Source: Muribaculaceae bacterium (GTDB lineage: Bacteria > Bacteroidota > Bacteroidia > Bacteroidales > Muribaculaceae). From it: 64,000 nt of DNA. How positions within the stretch are numbered: position 1 is the stretch's first letter; every line of letters begins with the position of its first letter. This document shows, piece after piece, positions 36,805 to 45,975 of this stretch. The notes below the pieces were generated by a model that saw only the letters and a list, made by a program, of their open reading frames with translations, was not told where the DNA came from and made no database searches. The stretch covers positions 5,491 through 69,490 of the forward strand of contig JAFZHD010000051.1 in NCBI GenBank assembly GCA_017555085.1. Reading direction: 5' to 3'. A program made the position numbers and the translations under genes.

Positions 36805-39144
36805 TTATGCTTTTTTGGTTGTTTTTGTGCGACGGCTGGGAGCCTTCTTGGGGCGGTTTTCCTGGCTATTCACAATTTCAAGACACTGTTCGAGAGTGAG
36901 ATTTTCGGGCTCTTTTACAGTGCGGGGAATCTTATAGTTTTCCTTTTTGTAGCAGATGTAGATGCCATAACGGCCGTTGAGAATCTGCATATCGGGGTCT
37001 TCGTCAAATGTCTTAACCACTTTTCGAGTGTCGGCATCACGCTTTTCTTTAATGAGTTCTATTGCCTCATCAAGAGTGATTGCTGTGGGCGAAACTTCCT
37101 TGGGTATTGACACGAACTTATTGGCGTGTTTGATGTAGGGGCCGAAACGACCTACTGCCACAACCACTTCGCCTTCTTCATACTCGCCGAGAACGCGGGG
37201 CAATTCAAAGAGTTTGAGCGCTTCTTCAAGAGTGATTGTCGCGATTGATTGTCCTTTTTGCAATGAAGCAAACTGCGGTTTCTCGTCAGAGTCGCCTTCG
37301 CCAAGTTGCACAAGCGGACCAAAGCGGCCGATTTTCACCGACACAGGCTTGCCGCTCACAGGGTCAACGCCCAACTGGCGCTCGCCCACTTTGCGTTCGA
37401 GGCGCATGTTCATAGCCTCGTCAATGCCGGGGTGGAACGACTCATAGAATGTAGCGATTTCGCTTGACCACACCGAGTTGCCTTCGGCAATCTCGTCAAA
37501 GATGTCTTCGACGCGTGCGGTAAAGTTGTAATCGAGGATATTGGGGAAATAGTTTGTCAAAAATTCGTTTACAACAACGCCGATGTCGGTGGGCATGAGT
37601 TTGCCTTTTTCAGCGCCGACCGATTCGCTCTTGGTGCGCGACGAGATTTTGCTGTTTTTGAGTGTGAGGCAAATAAAATTGCGCTTTTCGCCGGTTTTCT
37701 CGCCTTTTTCTACATACTCGCGATGCTGAATTGTAGAGATTGTGGGAGCATAGGTTGACGGACGGCCGATACCGAGTTCTTCCATCTTCTTAACGAGCGA
37801 TGCTTCGGTATAGCGCACGGGTTGTTGAGTGTAGCGTTGTGTCGCCACAATATCTTCGGCAGACACAGCATCACCAACAGCGAGTGCGGGCAACAAGCCT
37901 TCGGCTGTTTCATCGGCAGCATCGTCGTCGTTGCTCTCGATATACACACGAAGGAAACCGTCAAACTTGATAACCTCGCCCGATGCCACAAAGCGTTCGG
38001 GGCGTGTTGAGGGAGCAATATCAATAGTTGTTTTCTCCAACTCGGCATCGCTCATTTGTGATGCAATTGTGCGCTTCCAAATGAGGTTGTAGAGTTTCTT
38101 TTCTTGGGCTGAGCCTTCGATAGTGTGGTTGCTGATATATGTAGGGCGAATGGCCTCGTGAGCCTCTTGTGCACCTTTTGACTTGGTTTGGTAGTTACGC
38201 ACTTTGAGGTATTCTTCGCCAATGTTTTGTTTGATTTCGTTAGAAATAGTGGCAATGGCAAGCGATGAGAGGTTAACCGAGTCGGTACGCATGTAAGTGA
38301 TGTGACCGGCTTCATAAAGGCGCTGTGCCACCATCATTGTTTGCGACACGGTGAAACCGAGTTTGCGCGATGCCTCTTGTTGCAATGTTGAAGTAGTGAA
38401 AGGAGGTGCGGGCGATTTTTTCACGGGGCGCACATTCACATCTTCGATTTTGTAGGTAGCACCAATGCAGTCGTTAAGCAACTCGCGAGCGGCAGCCTCA
38501 TCTTCAAGGCGGCGCGAAAGTTCGGCTTTGAGTTGGTTACCGTTAGTGTCGGCAAATGTACCTGTTACGCGGAAATACTCTTCGGGCACAAACGACTTGA
38601 TTTCTTCTTCGCGCTCAACAATGAGTCGAACTGCTACCGACTGCACACGACCGGCCGACAACGACGGTTTGATTTTCTTCCACAACACGGGCGAGAGTTC
38701 AAAGCCCACGATGCGGTCGAGCACACGGCGTGCCTGTTGCGCATCAACACGGTTGAGGTCGATGTCGCGAGGATTTTGGATAGCGTCAAGGATAGCAGTT
38801 TTGGTAATTTCGTGGAACACGATGCGCTTGGTCTTTTCGGGACTGAGACCCAACACCTCATACAAGTGCCATGCAATGGCTTCTCCCTCGCGGTCCTCAT
38901 CGGATGCAAGCCACACCATTTTGGCGTCCTTCGCTGCTTTTTTCAATTCGTTGACAAGATTTCTCTTATCTTCGGGAATTTCATATATGGGAGCAAAATT
39001 ATTATCAACATCAATGCTGAAACTTCTTTCTTTCAGGTCGCGTATGTGTCCGTAACTTGACATTACTTTGTAATCTCTGCCAAGGAATTTTTCAATGGTC
39101 TTTGCCTTGGCGGGAGATTCCACGATTACCAAATTTTCTATCAT
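36805..39144 (-). CDS. topA: DNA topoisomerase I
   Basis: TOPRIM N-terminus MIENLVIVESPAKAKTIEKFLG, DEDREGE, and active-site Tyr context ITYMRTDS. The start is set at the ATG at 39144, not the ORF-track 39315. Confidence 0.95.
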   Translation of the reverse strand: MIENLVIVESPAKAKTIEKFLGRDYKVMSSYGHIRDLKERSFSIDVDNNFAPIYEIPEDKRNLVNELKKAAKDAKMVWLASDEDREGEAIAWHLYEVLGLSPEKTKRIVFHEITKTAILDAIQNPRDIDLNRVDAQQARRVLDRIVGFELSPVLWKKIKPSLSAGRVQSVAVRLIVEREEEIKSFVPEEYFRVTGTFADTNGNQLKAELSRRLEDEAAARELLNDCIGATYKIEDVNVRPVKKSPAPPFTTSTLQQEASRKLGFTVSQTMMVAQRLYEAGHITYMRTDSVNLSSLAIATISNEIKQNIGEEYLKVRNYQTKSKGAQEAHEAIRPTYISNHTIEGSAQEKKLYNLIWKRTIASQMSDAELEKTTIDIAPSTRPERFVASGEVIKFDGFLRVYIESNDDDAADETAEGLLPALAVGDAVSAEDIVATQRYTQQPVRYTEASLVKKMEELGIGRPSTYAPTISTIQHREYVEKGEKTGEKRNFICLTLKNSKISSRTKSESVGAEKGKLMPTDIGVVVNEFLTNYFPNILDYNFTARVEDIFDEIAEGNSVWSSEIATFYESFHPGIDEAMNMRLERKVGERQLGVDPVSGKPVSVKIGRFGPLVQLGEGDSDEKPQFASLQKGQSIATITLEEALKLFELPRVLGEYEEGEVVVAVGRFGPYIKHANKFVSIPKEVSPTAITLDEAIELIKEKRDADTRKVVKTFDEDPDMQILNGRYGIYICYKKENYKIPRTVKEPENLTLEQCLEIVNSQENRPKKAPSRRTKTTKKA

Positions 39145-39332
39145 AGTTTTCCTATTAAATAAATTTCGAGCGACAAAATTAGGAAAAAGAAATCTAATAG
39201 TTGCTACACTTGTGCAAAAATTCCTATATATAATGTGTATTTTCTCTTTTTTCGACAAAATCACACCTCTGCCCCACCTCAACTGCCACAAGTTGGCACA
39301 CCGCAACGACGGCATTTGACTCTCGAACGGTC

Positions 39333-39377
39333 ACAAAAAAGGAACGGCACAGGCTTGTCGGTTGACAGGCTTGTGCC
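39333..39377 (-). terminator. Intrinsic terminator downstream of ispF
   Basis: A 14-bp stem (39346-39359 with 39364-39377; two mismatches on the minus-strand RNA), followed on the minus strand by GTTCCTTTTTTG. Confidence 0.5.
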
Positions 39378-39400
39378 GCTGTTATGAAGATGTTTTAGAG

Positions 39401-39883
39401 TTAGGCTTTTTCGATGAGAGCAGTGGCATAGGCTGCGATACCCTCGCCACGACCAGTAAATCCGAGTCGCTCGGTTGTGGTGGCTTTTACCGACACGCAG
39501 TCAAGGTCAACTTCAAGGTCGGCGGCAACATTTTCAATCATTGCGGGAATGTGAGGGAGCATTTTGGGCGCTTGTGCAACGATTGTCACATCAACATTGC
39601 CCACTGTGTATCCGGCTTCGCTCAAAAGATGCTTTACATGGCGTAACAACACTCGCGAGTCTGCGCCTTTCCAACGGGCATCGGTGTCGGGAAAATGATA
39701 ACCGATATCGCGCATAGCGGCCGCTCCGAGCAATGCGTCACACAAGGCATGCAATGCCACATCGGCATCGCTATGGCCGAGCAAACCCAAGTGATAGGGA
39801 ATCTTCACGCCGCAAATCCACAAGTCGCGGTCTTCTACAAGTCGATGGACATCAAAGCCCATTCCGGTGCGAAATTTTGCCAT
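39401..39883 (-). CDS. ispF: 2-C-methyl-D-erythritol 2,4-cyclodiphosphate synthase
   Basis: GMGFDVHRL and GHSDADV motifs. 160 aa from the ATG at 39883. Confidence 0.95.
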   Translation of the reverse strand: MAKFRTGMGFDVHRLVEDRDLWICGVKIPYHLGLLGHSDADVALHALCDALLGAAAMRDIGYHFPDTDARWKGADSRVLLRHVKHLLSEAGYTVGNVDVTIVAQAPKMLPHIPAMIENVAADLEVDLDCVSVKATTTERLGFTGRGEGIAAYATALIEKA

Positions 39884-39897
39884 AGTCAAGTATCGAT

Positions 39898-41109
39898 TTA
39901 TCGGCCTATCAATTCTTTGAGACCGTCCATGTCAAATGTGAGCGTGAAACGGAGTGTTTGGTCAAGAGGCGATGTTTGTGCAGTAGCGAGCATGTAAGAT
40001 GCATCAAGGCGCAATACATTGAGCGAGAAGCCTGCACCAAAGCCGAAGTATTTGCGGTTACCTTTGTTTTCGTGTTCATTGAAATAACCTGCGCGCAAGA
40101 AGAATTGTTGGTTATAACTATACTCGGCACCAAGTGACCAATAGATTTCTTGCAACTCTTCTTTCAAACCGCCGGGCGCATCATAAAACGACTTGTAAAT
40201 ACCCGAGATTGATGACATGTTTTCCCAATCTTCAATATCTTCAAGATAGGCGATTTGAGCATCTACATCAGTGCCATATTCGTCGGCTGTATAGTCGCTC
40301 ATACGAGGTTTTGTCGGAACGAGCAATTTGTTGACATCGGCAGTGAGTGTGAGGTTATGATAGTCGGCCAAGGGGAATGTAAATGCCGTACCAAGGCGCA
40401 AGTTTGTGGGCAAAAATGCGATGTCCTCGCCGTTATTGTACGATATCTTTGAACCGATATTTGAGATATTGAAACCAAATGTCCATTGACACTCGTTGCG
40501 GCCGATAATGGGATATGAATTATAGAAACCCGAGATGTCGGCAGCAAAAGCCGATGCACCCGATGTTTGGTCACCGGCATAAGAGTCAGAGAAACCAAGG
40601 TCAGAATAGATGTAACGGAACACAACACCCATTGAGTATGCGTCAGACAATTTGCGCGAATAACCCAAGTCAACTGCCATTTCATAGGGGTTGAGACTCT
40701 GCGTGTTATAGCCCGCTCCGTCGGTTGTATTTACCTCACCAAGAGAGAAATAGCGCAATGACGCCGACAAAGCCTGATTGTCATACGAACCGAGTTTGAT
40801 GTAACCTGTGAGGTTGGCAAGGAAGATGTCGTTAACGAGTTTGCGCAACCAAGGAGTGTAACTGAGCGAAACAGCGGCATTGCTATAAGCAAAGGCATAT
40901 TTCGAGGGGTTCCAATACTGCGAATTGGCATCGGGGTCGGTAGCAGCACCCAAGTCACCCATTGATGCACTGCGCGCATCGGGAGCAATGTTGAGCGATG
41001 TCACCCCGGTCTGCACAGGGTTAAATGCATTTTTGCCGTCTTGTGCAGTGGCAACCAATGCAATCAGAGTGATTGCCAAAATGGCTATTCTTTTCAAAAA
41101 AGTATTCAT
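39898..41109 (-). CDS. porV: T9SS outer-membrane protein PorV (LptO)
   Basis: Signal peptide, then [36 protein letters not shown], characteristic of PorV. The protein is a 403-aa beta-barrel and the gene lies directly downstream of porU. The ATG is at 41109. Confidence 0.85.
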   Translation of the reverse strand: MNTFLKRIAILAITLIALVATAQDGKNAFNPVQTGVTSLNIAPDARSASMGDLGAATDPDANSQYWNPSKYAFAYSNAAVSLSYTPWLRKLVNDIFLANLTGYIKLGSYDNQALSASLRYFSLGEVNTTDGAGYNTQSLNPYEMAVDLGYSRKLSDAYSMGVVFRYIYSDLGFSDSYAGDQTSGASAFAADISGFYNSYPIIGRNECQWTFGFNISNIGSKISYNNGEDIAFLPTNLRLGTAFTFPLADYHNLTLTADVNKLLVPTKPRMSDYTADEYGTDVDAQIAYLEDIEDWENMSSISGIYKSFYDAPGGLKEELQEIYWSLGAEYSYNQQFFLRAGYFNEHENKGNRKYFGFGAGFSLNVLRLDASYMLATAQTSPLDQTLRFTLTFDMDGLKELIGR

Positions 41110-41227
41110 AATCAACTTATTACAGAGACTTTCCATCTCATAAAACAATATATTCAAGTTACAAGAAGCACCTTCTATGATATAGAAAGTGCTCCTATAC
41201 TTTATAAATAACTCAAAAACGGGTTAT

Positions 41228-44200
41228 TTATTGCTTAATTACTGTAATTTTAACTTTGGGAGTGCTTGAATACTGGTTTTCGGCGTTGAGAATAGCATAG
41301 CAATAATACTCGCCGTCGGGCACAAGTTGACCGTTGCTGTCTTTCAAATTCCAAGTGTAGGGCATCACGCAATCGTTTACCGCGAGCACTTGATTGCCGT
41401 TTTGGTCTTGGATAATCAATCGGCCTGTGGGCTGACTGTTGAAGTTATGAACAAGGTTGATAGCGGCCTCGGTACGCACCACAGATTGCTCAACTTCAAG
41501 AGCCGATGTAACCGAATTGTTTGTAACATAGAACGAGATTGTCTCTGCCGCCATATTGCCGGCATTGTCGGCAAGGCTCAATGTGAGAGTGTGGTGGCCG
41601 TCCTCAATGTTTTCAAGTTCATATTCCAATGTAGTCACCCCGTCGGCATCGGTTGTTGCCGCTCCTCCGATGTTGTAACTATAAGAATCGTCGATTGTGA
41701 GGCGCAAACCGGCTCCGATTGCCGATGACACATTCAAGCCCGACTCATCACCAAGAATAGTCGCATAGAGCGTTACATTGTGCGACACATTGTCACCGTT
41801 GCGGAAACTGCGGTCATTGAGATACATCTCGTCAATAACAGGGGCAACATTATCCTCAACCACATACTCGCTGTCATAACTCAACACTTTGATTGCATTG
41901 AAATAGCCTTGTGCGGTGTTGTTGTTTTCGTTATCAATCGCATAGATGCTCAAACGGTTTGTGCCGAGATATTGGGGCAACGGAATGTTGAGTTTGGCTT
42001 CAAACACACCGCCAACAACCGTTGCAACAGTTTGAGCAAGGAGCAATTCGTCACGAGTGATTGTGATGATTTCGTCGTCCTTGTGGTTGTAAGTGAGTGC
42101 ATCAACGGGCGCATCATAAAGCGAAATTGTGATTGTGCCGTTAAATGTGTCATCAAGTTGACCGTTAGCCAACTGAATTGTACCTTTCACGATGTTTTCG
42201 CCGCGAGGATAAACCTCTACCGAGTCGTTATATGCAACATTTGTTTGGTTTACTTGTGTCACTTTGGCAATGCGAGAGGCAACGGGCAATGGCAATGCAG
42301 GGTCGCCAATCATGTTGTAGCAAAGATTGTTGATACCGATTTTTGCATACGATGCGTTAATGCCGTGTTGCATAGCACTTGCGCGTGCCTTGCGATACAA
42401 GTCTCCGATGCGGTCGCCCGGTTCCATTTTTGAGAACAAGTTGCTGCTAAACGCCAAACTGTAAAGTTGGTTATAGTCTTTGTAAACTGTGCGCGATGCT
42501 GCCACAGCGGTAATTACACCACCCTTGTCCTTAAAGAGCATTGTCTCGGCAATGCCATCGTCGGCGCGGTCAAAACTCAACGCGTCGCAAGTGGCAAAGA
42601 AGCCTATGGGATAATAGTTATAGTCGGTTTCGCTGGTATACGATTTGCTCCACAAGTTACCATCCGAGAATGATTCAGGAGCGCCGTGACCGGTGTAGCA
42701 CATGTAGTATTGGCCTTCCAACAACGATTGAATGATGGCTTGGCGAACATATTTACAGTCTTTGGCATCATCGGCAAGCGGATAAAGGCTCTTATAGGCC
42801 TTGGTCACTGTGATGTTGGGAGCCATCGATGTGATTGAGTCGGCATTGGTGTCGGCCTGCTTCATGTGTGAGTTAAGGTCGCCACGGTCGGCCATCAACA
42901 ACACGCGGTTGGTGGCATCGGTTGTGGGAGGATTGAGCAAGTGATTTAACGACTTGTTGTTGGCAGCAATCGCCTTATCCTCACGGTCGGCGGGAATGCG
43001 ACTCACTGCGATATCAATATTTGAGAAATGAATGCGAGTCGGGTCGTAATTGTCTTGCATAAGGCCAAAGTAAGAGTCGGCACAATATACGCGCGACTTA
43101 TCATTCATTTCGTTGGCAGTTTCACATTGATATGTCAACAATTTGTCGGCATGGTCAAATATGAGTCCGCGGTTGTCGTAGTGACCTGCGCCATAGAGCA
43201 ACAAGTATTTGAAGCGCGACGAGTTGCGGTCATAGAACATTTTTGCCAAGCGGCGATAGGCCATTGCCGAGGGTGTACCCGATGAAAACTCGTTAAACAC
43301 CTCTTCTTGGTCCACAACATGCACACTCAATCCTTGATGTTTGCAGTGAATTTCGGCCAAGTCTGTGGCATATTTCATCATCGACTTGTTTGTGATAATG
43401 AGCATATCGGGGCTTGACAACGAGTGCAAATTCTGATTTGTCACTTCGCCCGCATATTCCACGCTATATTGTTTCTGCTCGGGGTCAAACGCAATGAGAT
43501 AGGCATGGCCGTTATTGTCGGGAGTGTATTTGCGCTCAAAGGCACTTTTCATTGTCTTGGCCTCGCTGTCAAATGTTGTTCGGTAGGCAAACACATTTAT
43601 GGGCGAAGTCACATTCCACACGCGAACATTGGCATTTGCATTGCTCAATGTGAAAGATGTGCGCGACGACACATTGTCAAACACCATGGGCAACTGCGCA
43701 CATTCGGTAAAATCGTTTTTGCGAGTATATGAGAATGTCACATAGTCCACTGCGGCAAAGTTATAGGTATATTCGCTCGGAATAGAAAGGATAAAGGCAT
43801 AAAGCGAGTCGTTGGGAGCCTTCATCTTCACAGTCATATATCCCGTCTTTGAATTGTAGTAGTATTCAGAGTTGCTATACAAGGCAGCCGAGATTGCGGG
43901 GTTGCTCTGATTTACGACCGTAAGTCCGTTAGTTGACAATCGCGACAACACTTGTGTGTTTGAGGCAATGGCCCACGCAAAGTTAAACTGGCCGTTCTTG
44001 GTTGTATCGGCTTTCTCGGCCTTGAACGCAGCAACTTGGCTTGAAATAGGCGACATATCGGGGCCAAAGAATCGCGCACCACCCATTGCAGGGCAAGTCA
44101 CTTCTTCTTCCCAAAATCTGACACTTTGGTGAGTCGAGCGGTCTTCGATAATCGAGTTGTTTGACAATATGATGCTCGGTTCGGTCGATTCGCCGGGACG

Positions 44201-44623
44201 GCTGTCGCTCAAAAAGTAGTATCCGGCTGTTGAGTAGGTGTTGCGATGAATGTTCACCTTGAACAGGTCGGCATTGACTGTGGTTTTCACGTCGCTCTCG
44301 CCATAAAACAAAAGTTTGTCGGCGGTTCTCAATACGGGTTGTGCGATGATATCGTCGGGCAAATCAACATCAAATGTGTTTTTCACCAACACACCGCCAT
44401 AACCATAGACCGACACGGCCGACGGGTCATTAAATCCCATTGCGGCAAGTTCTTGGTGTGTAATCTGCTGAATACCGGTTTTAGTCACCTTGACTTTTAC
44501 CCAACGGCCTGTCGAAAGTCGAGAAGATGATGAGTAATATGTAGGCGAATAGGCATGGGCCATAAATCCGATGCATAAAAGCAACACAGATACATATACT
44601 TTGATTTTGTTTGTCAGTGTCAT
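41228..44623 (-). CDS. porU: T9SS C-terminal signal peptidase/sortase PorU (peptidase C25-like)
   Basis: A 1131-aa protein. N-terminus GRWVKVKVTKTGIQQITHQEL...VSVYGYGG. Clan CD-like His/Cys pair YTGHGAPESF...FFATCDALSF. Beta-rich C-terminal domain. It forms an operon with porV. Confidence 0.8.
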   Translation of the reverse strand: MTLTNKIKVYVSVLLLCIGFMAHAYSPTYYSSSSRLSTGRWVKVKVTKTGIQQITHQELAAMGFNDPSAVSVYGYGGVLVKNTFDVDLPDDIIAQPVLRTADKLLFYGESDVKTTVNADLFKVNIHRNTYSTAGYYFLSDSRPGESTEPSIILSNNSIIEDRSTHQSVRFWEEEVTCPAMGGARFFGPDMSPISSQVAAFKAEKADTTKNGQFNFAWAIASNTQVLSRLSTNGLTVVNQSNPAISAALYSNSEYYYNSKTGYMTVKMKAPNDSLYAFILSIPSEYTYNFAAVDYVTFSYTRKNDFTECAQLPMVFDNVSSRTSFTLSNANANVRVWNVTSPINVFAYRTTFDSEAKTMKSAFERKYTPDNNGHAYLIAFDPEQKQYSVEYAGEVTNQNLHSLSSPDMLIITNKSMMKYATDLAEIHCKHQGLSVHVVDQEEVFNEFSSGTPSAMAYRRLAKMFYDRNSSRFKYLLLYGAGHYDNRGLIFDHADKLLTYQCETANEMNDKSRVYCADSYFGLMQDNYDPTRIHFSNIDIAVSRIPADREDKAIAANNKSLNHLLNPPTTDATNRVLLMADRGDLNSHMKQADTNADSITSMAPNITVTKAYKSLYPLADDAKDCKYVRQAIIQSLLEGQYYMCYTGHGAPESFSDGNLWSKSYTSETDYNYYPIGFFATCDALSFDRADDGIAETMLFKDKGGVITAVAASRTVYKDYNQLYSLAFSSNLFSKMEPGDRIGDLYRKARASAMQHGINASYAKIGINNLCYNMIGDPALPLPVASRIAKVTQVNQTNVAYNDSVEVYPRGENIVKGTIQLANGQLDDTFNGTITISLYDAPVDALTYNHKDDEIITITRDELLLAQTVATVVGGVFEAKLNIPLPQYLGTNRLSIYAIDNENNNTAQGYFNAIKVLSYDSEYVVEDNVAPVIDEMYLNDRSFRNGDNVSHNVTLYATILGDESGLNVSSAIGAGLRLTIDDSYSYNIGGAATTDADGVTTLEYELENIEDGHHTLTLSLADNAGNMAAETISFYVTNNSVTSALEVEQSVVRTEAAINLVHNFNSQPTGRLIIQDQNGNQVLAVNDCVMPYTWNLKDSNGQLVPDGEYYCYAILNAENQYSSTPKVKITVIKQ

Positions 44624-44650
44624 ATCGAGATGTTTGATTTTGAGCAGTTA

Positions 44651-45214
44651 TTATTTGACTTTGAAATTTAGACACTCTTTGCCGTTGAGCGTTGCAGTCA
44701 CATTGCTGTCAATCACGGCCTCAATGCTATGAGGAGTGTTGCCGGCAATGATAATGTCGCCTATTTTGAGCGTGAAATATCTGCTCATATCGGCCACCAC
44801 ATTGTCAATGAGTGCATCTTCAAGGTTAATTTCATATAGTTCGCCGTTGATGGTGAGGTCCACCACGGTGCGATTGTCGGGGATAGGCAGCCATTGGCCC
44901 ATGATTGCCGCTCCGTCAAATGCTGTTGTCACAGCCGAAGTGTTGCCGCCAAGGCTGTCAATCAAGTCGAGCGGACGGGCACGAAGCATCAAGGTCATGG
45001 CATCATAATAACGGTTGGCAAATTTCTCTGCCACATTTTTTCCCAATCGGCTCACACGATAGGCCAATGTCACTTCAAGCGACCAACGGGCCGAAAAATC
45101 GGGCATAAAAAACGGCTTGCGGTCTTTTATCAAGGCCGAATCGGGTATGATGTCAACACTTGCAACACCGTTGAGCGGAGTGCCAAGGGGTCGGTTTAAT
45201 GCCAAAATTTTCAT
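44651..45214 (-). CDS. Divergent fumarylacetoacetate-hydrolase (FAH)-fold protein
   Basis: A 187-aa protein whose pattern (KPFFMPDF, LEVTLAYRV, AFDGAAIMGQW, FTLKIGDIIIAGNTP) follows the short FAH-family layout. The usual E-x-E metal motif appears as E-V-T. The call is by eye only. Confidence 0.4.
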   Translation of the reverse strand: MKILALNRPLGTPLNGVASVDIIPDSALIKDRKPFFMPDFSARWSLEVTLAYRVSRLGKNVAEKFANRYYDAMTLMLRARPLDLIDSLGGNTSAVTTAFDGAAIMGQWLPIPDNRTVVDLTINGELYEINLEDALIDNVVADMSRYFTLKIGDIIIAGNTPHSIEAVIDSNVTATLNGKECLNFKVK

Positions 45215-45870
45215 TCTTCGTCGTTTTTTTGTGAGTCAAGACGGTTATACATTACCGCCAAGTGAGAATATATCGAAGTGTTTTGAATCACGATGCCTTT
45301 GCCGGCTCTGATGCGAAACGGGGTGAAGTTCCACAAGGCCTTTATGCCGGCAGCAATCATTAGGTCGGCCACCTCTTGGGCTTGGTCGACCGGAACGGCA
45401 ACAATGCCTATTTCGGCTTTGCAACGCGAGCAATAGTCGTTAAGGTCGGCAATGTTGAAAATAGGGACCTCACGCAATGTTGTGCCTGCGATGTTGGGGT
45501 TGATGTCAAAACCGGCCACGATATTCAAGCCATATCGCGACAAACCCGAGTCGTGGATAAGCGCTGCGCCAAGGCTACCAACGCCCACAATCACAGCGTT
45601 GTGAACTTCCTTAAAACCGAGAAAGTCTTGCAATTCGCGTTCAAGTTGCGCCACCTCATAGCCAATGCGCGTCTTGCCCTTGATGTTGAGAAACGACAAG
45701 TCCTTGGCTATCTGCGAAGCATCAACGCTCAATTCCTTTGAAATCTGCGTTGACGACACATGCTCGATGCCGTTGGTGCGGAGCATGCTCACATAAGCCA
45801 AATACCACGGCAATCTCCTGAGCGTTGGTTCGGGAAGAAATGCGCGCATTTTGTTTGGGTTTTCTGACAT
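45211..45870 (-). CDS. rex: Redox-sensing transcriptional repressor Rex
   Basis: TLRRLPWYLAYVSML winged-helix N-terminus, Rossmann VIVGVGSLGAAL and LWNFTP motif. The ORF-track start at 45906 is TTG; the first ATG is at 45870. It overlaps the downstream gene by 4 nt. Confidence 0.9.
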   Translation of the reverse strand: MSENPNKMRAFLPEPTLRRLPWYLAYVSMLRTNGIEHVSSTQISKELSVDASQIAKDLSFLNIKGKTRIGYEVAQLERELQDFLGFKEVHNAVIVGVGSLGAALIHDSGLSRYGLNIVAGFDINPNIAGTTLREVPIFNIADLNDYCSRCKAEIGIVAVPVDQAQEVADLMIAAGIKALWNFTPFRIRAGKGIVIQNTSIYSHLAVMYNRLDSQKNDEE

Positions 45871-45975
45871 ATTCTGCTTGTCTTTGTGTCGGTTATTAAT
45901 CAGCAAAGATAGTGAGTTTTGGTGTATCTCACAAATCTGACACCCGATTTGTTAACCCCGCCCAATATCCACAGC

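Noticed and set aside
38465-39060. 196-aa and 175-aa plus-strand ORFs
   Set aside because: Both are antisense to topA, a certain call. The Ser/Arg-rich translation is typical of a shadow frame.
39145-39315. 57-codon N-terminal extension of topA in the ORF track
   Set aside because: The conserved TOPRIM N-terminus begins at MIENLVIVESPAKAK (ATG at 39144). The extension is AT-rich, non-conserved-looking leader sequence.
41780-42433. 217-aa plus-strand ORF inside porU
   Set aside because: It is a shadow ORF antisense to porU, with no motifs. The same applies to 46603-47232 inside the second porU-like gene, and to 60760-61281 and 62026-62544 inside the large cargo gene.
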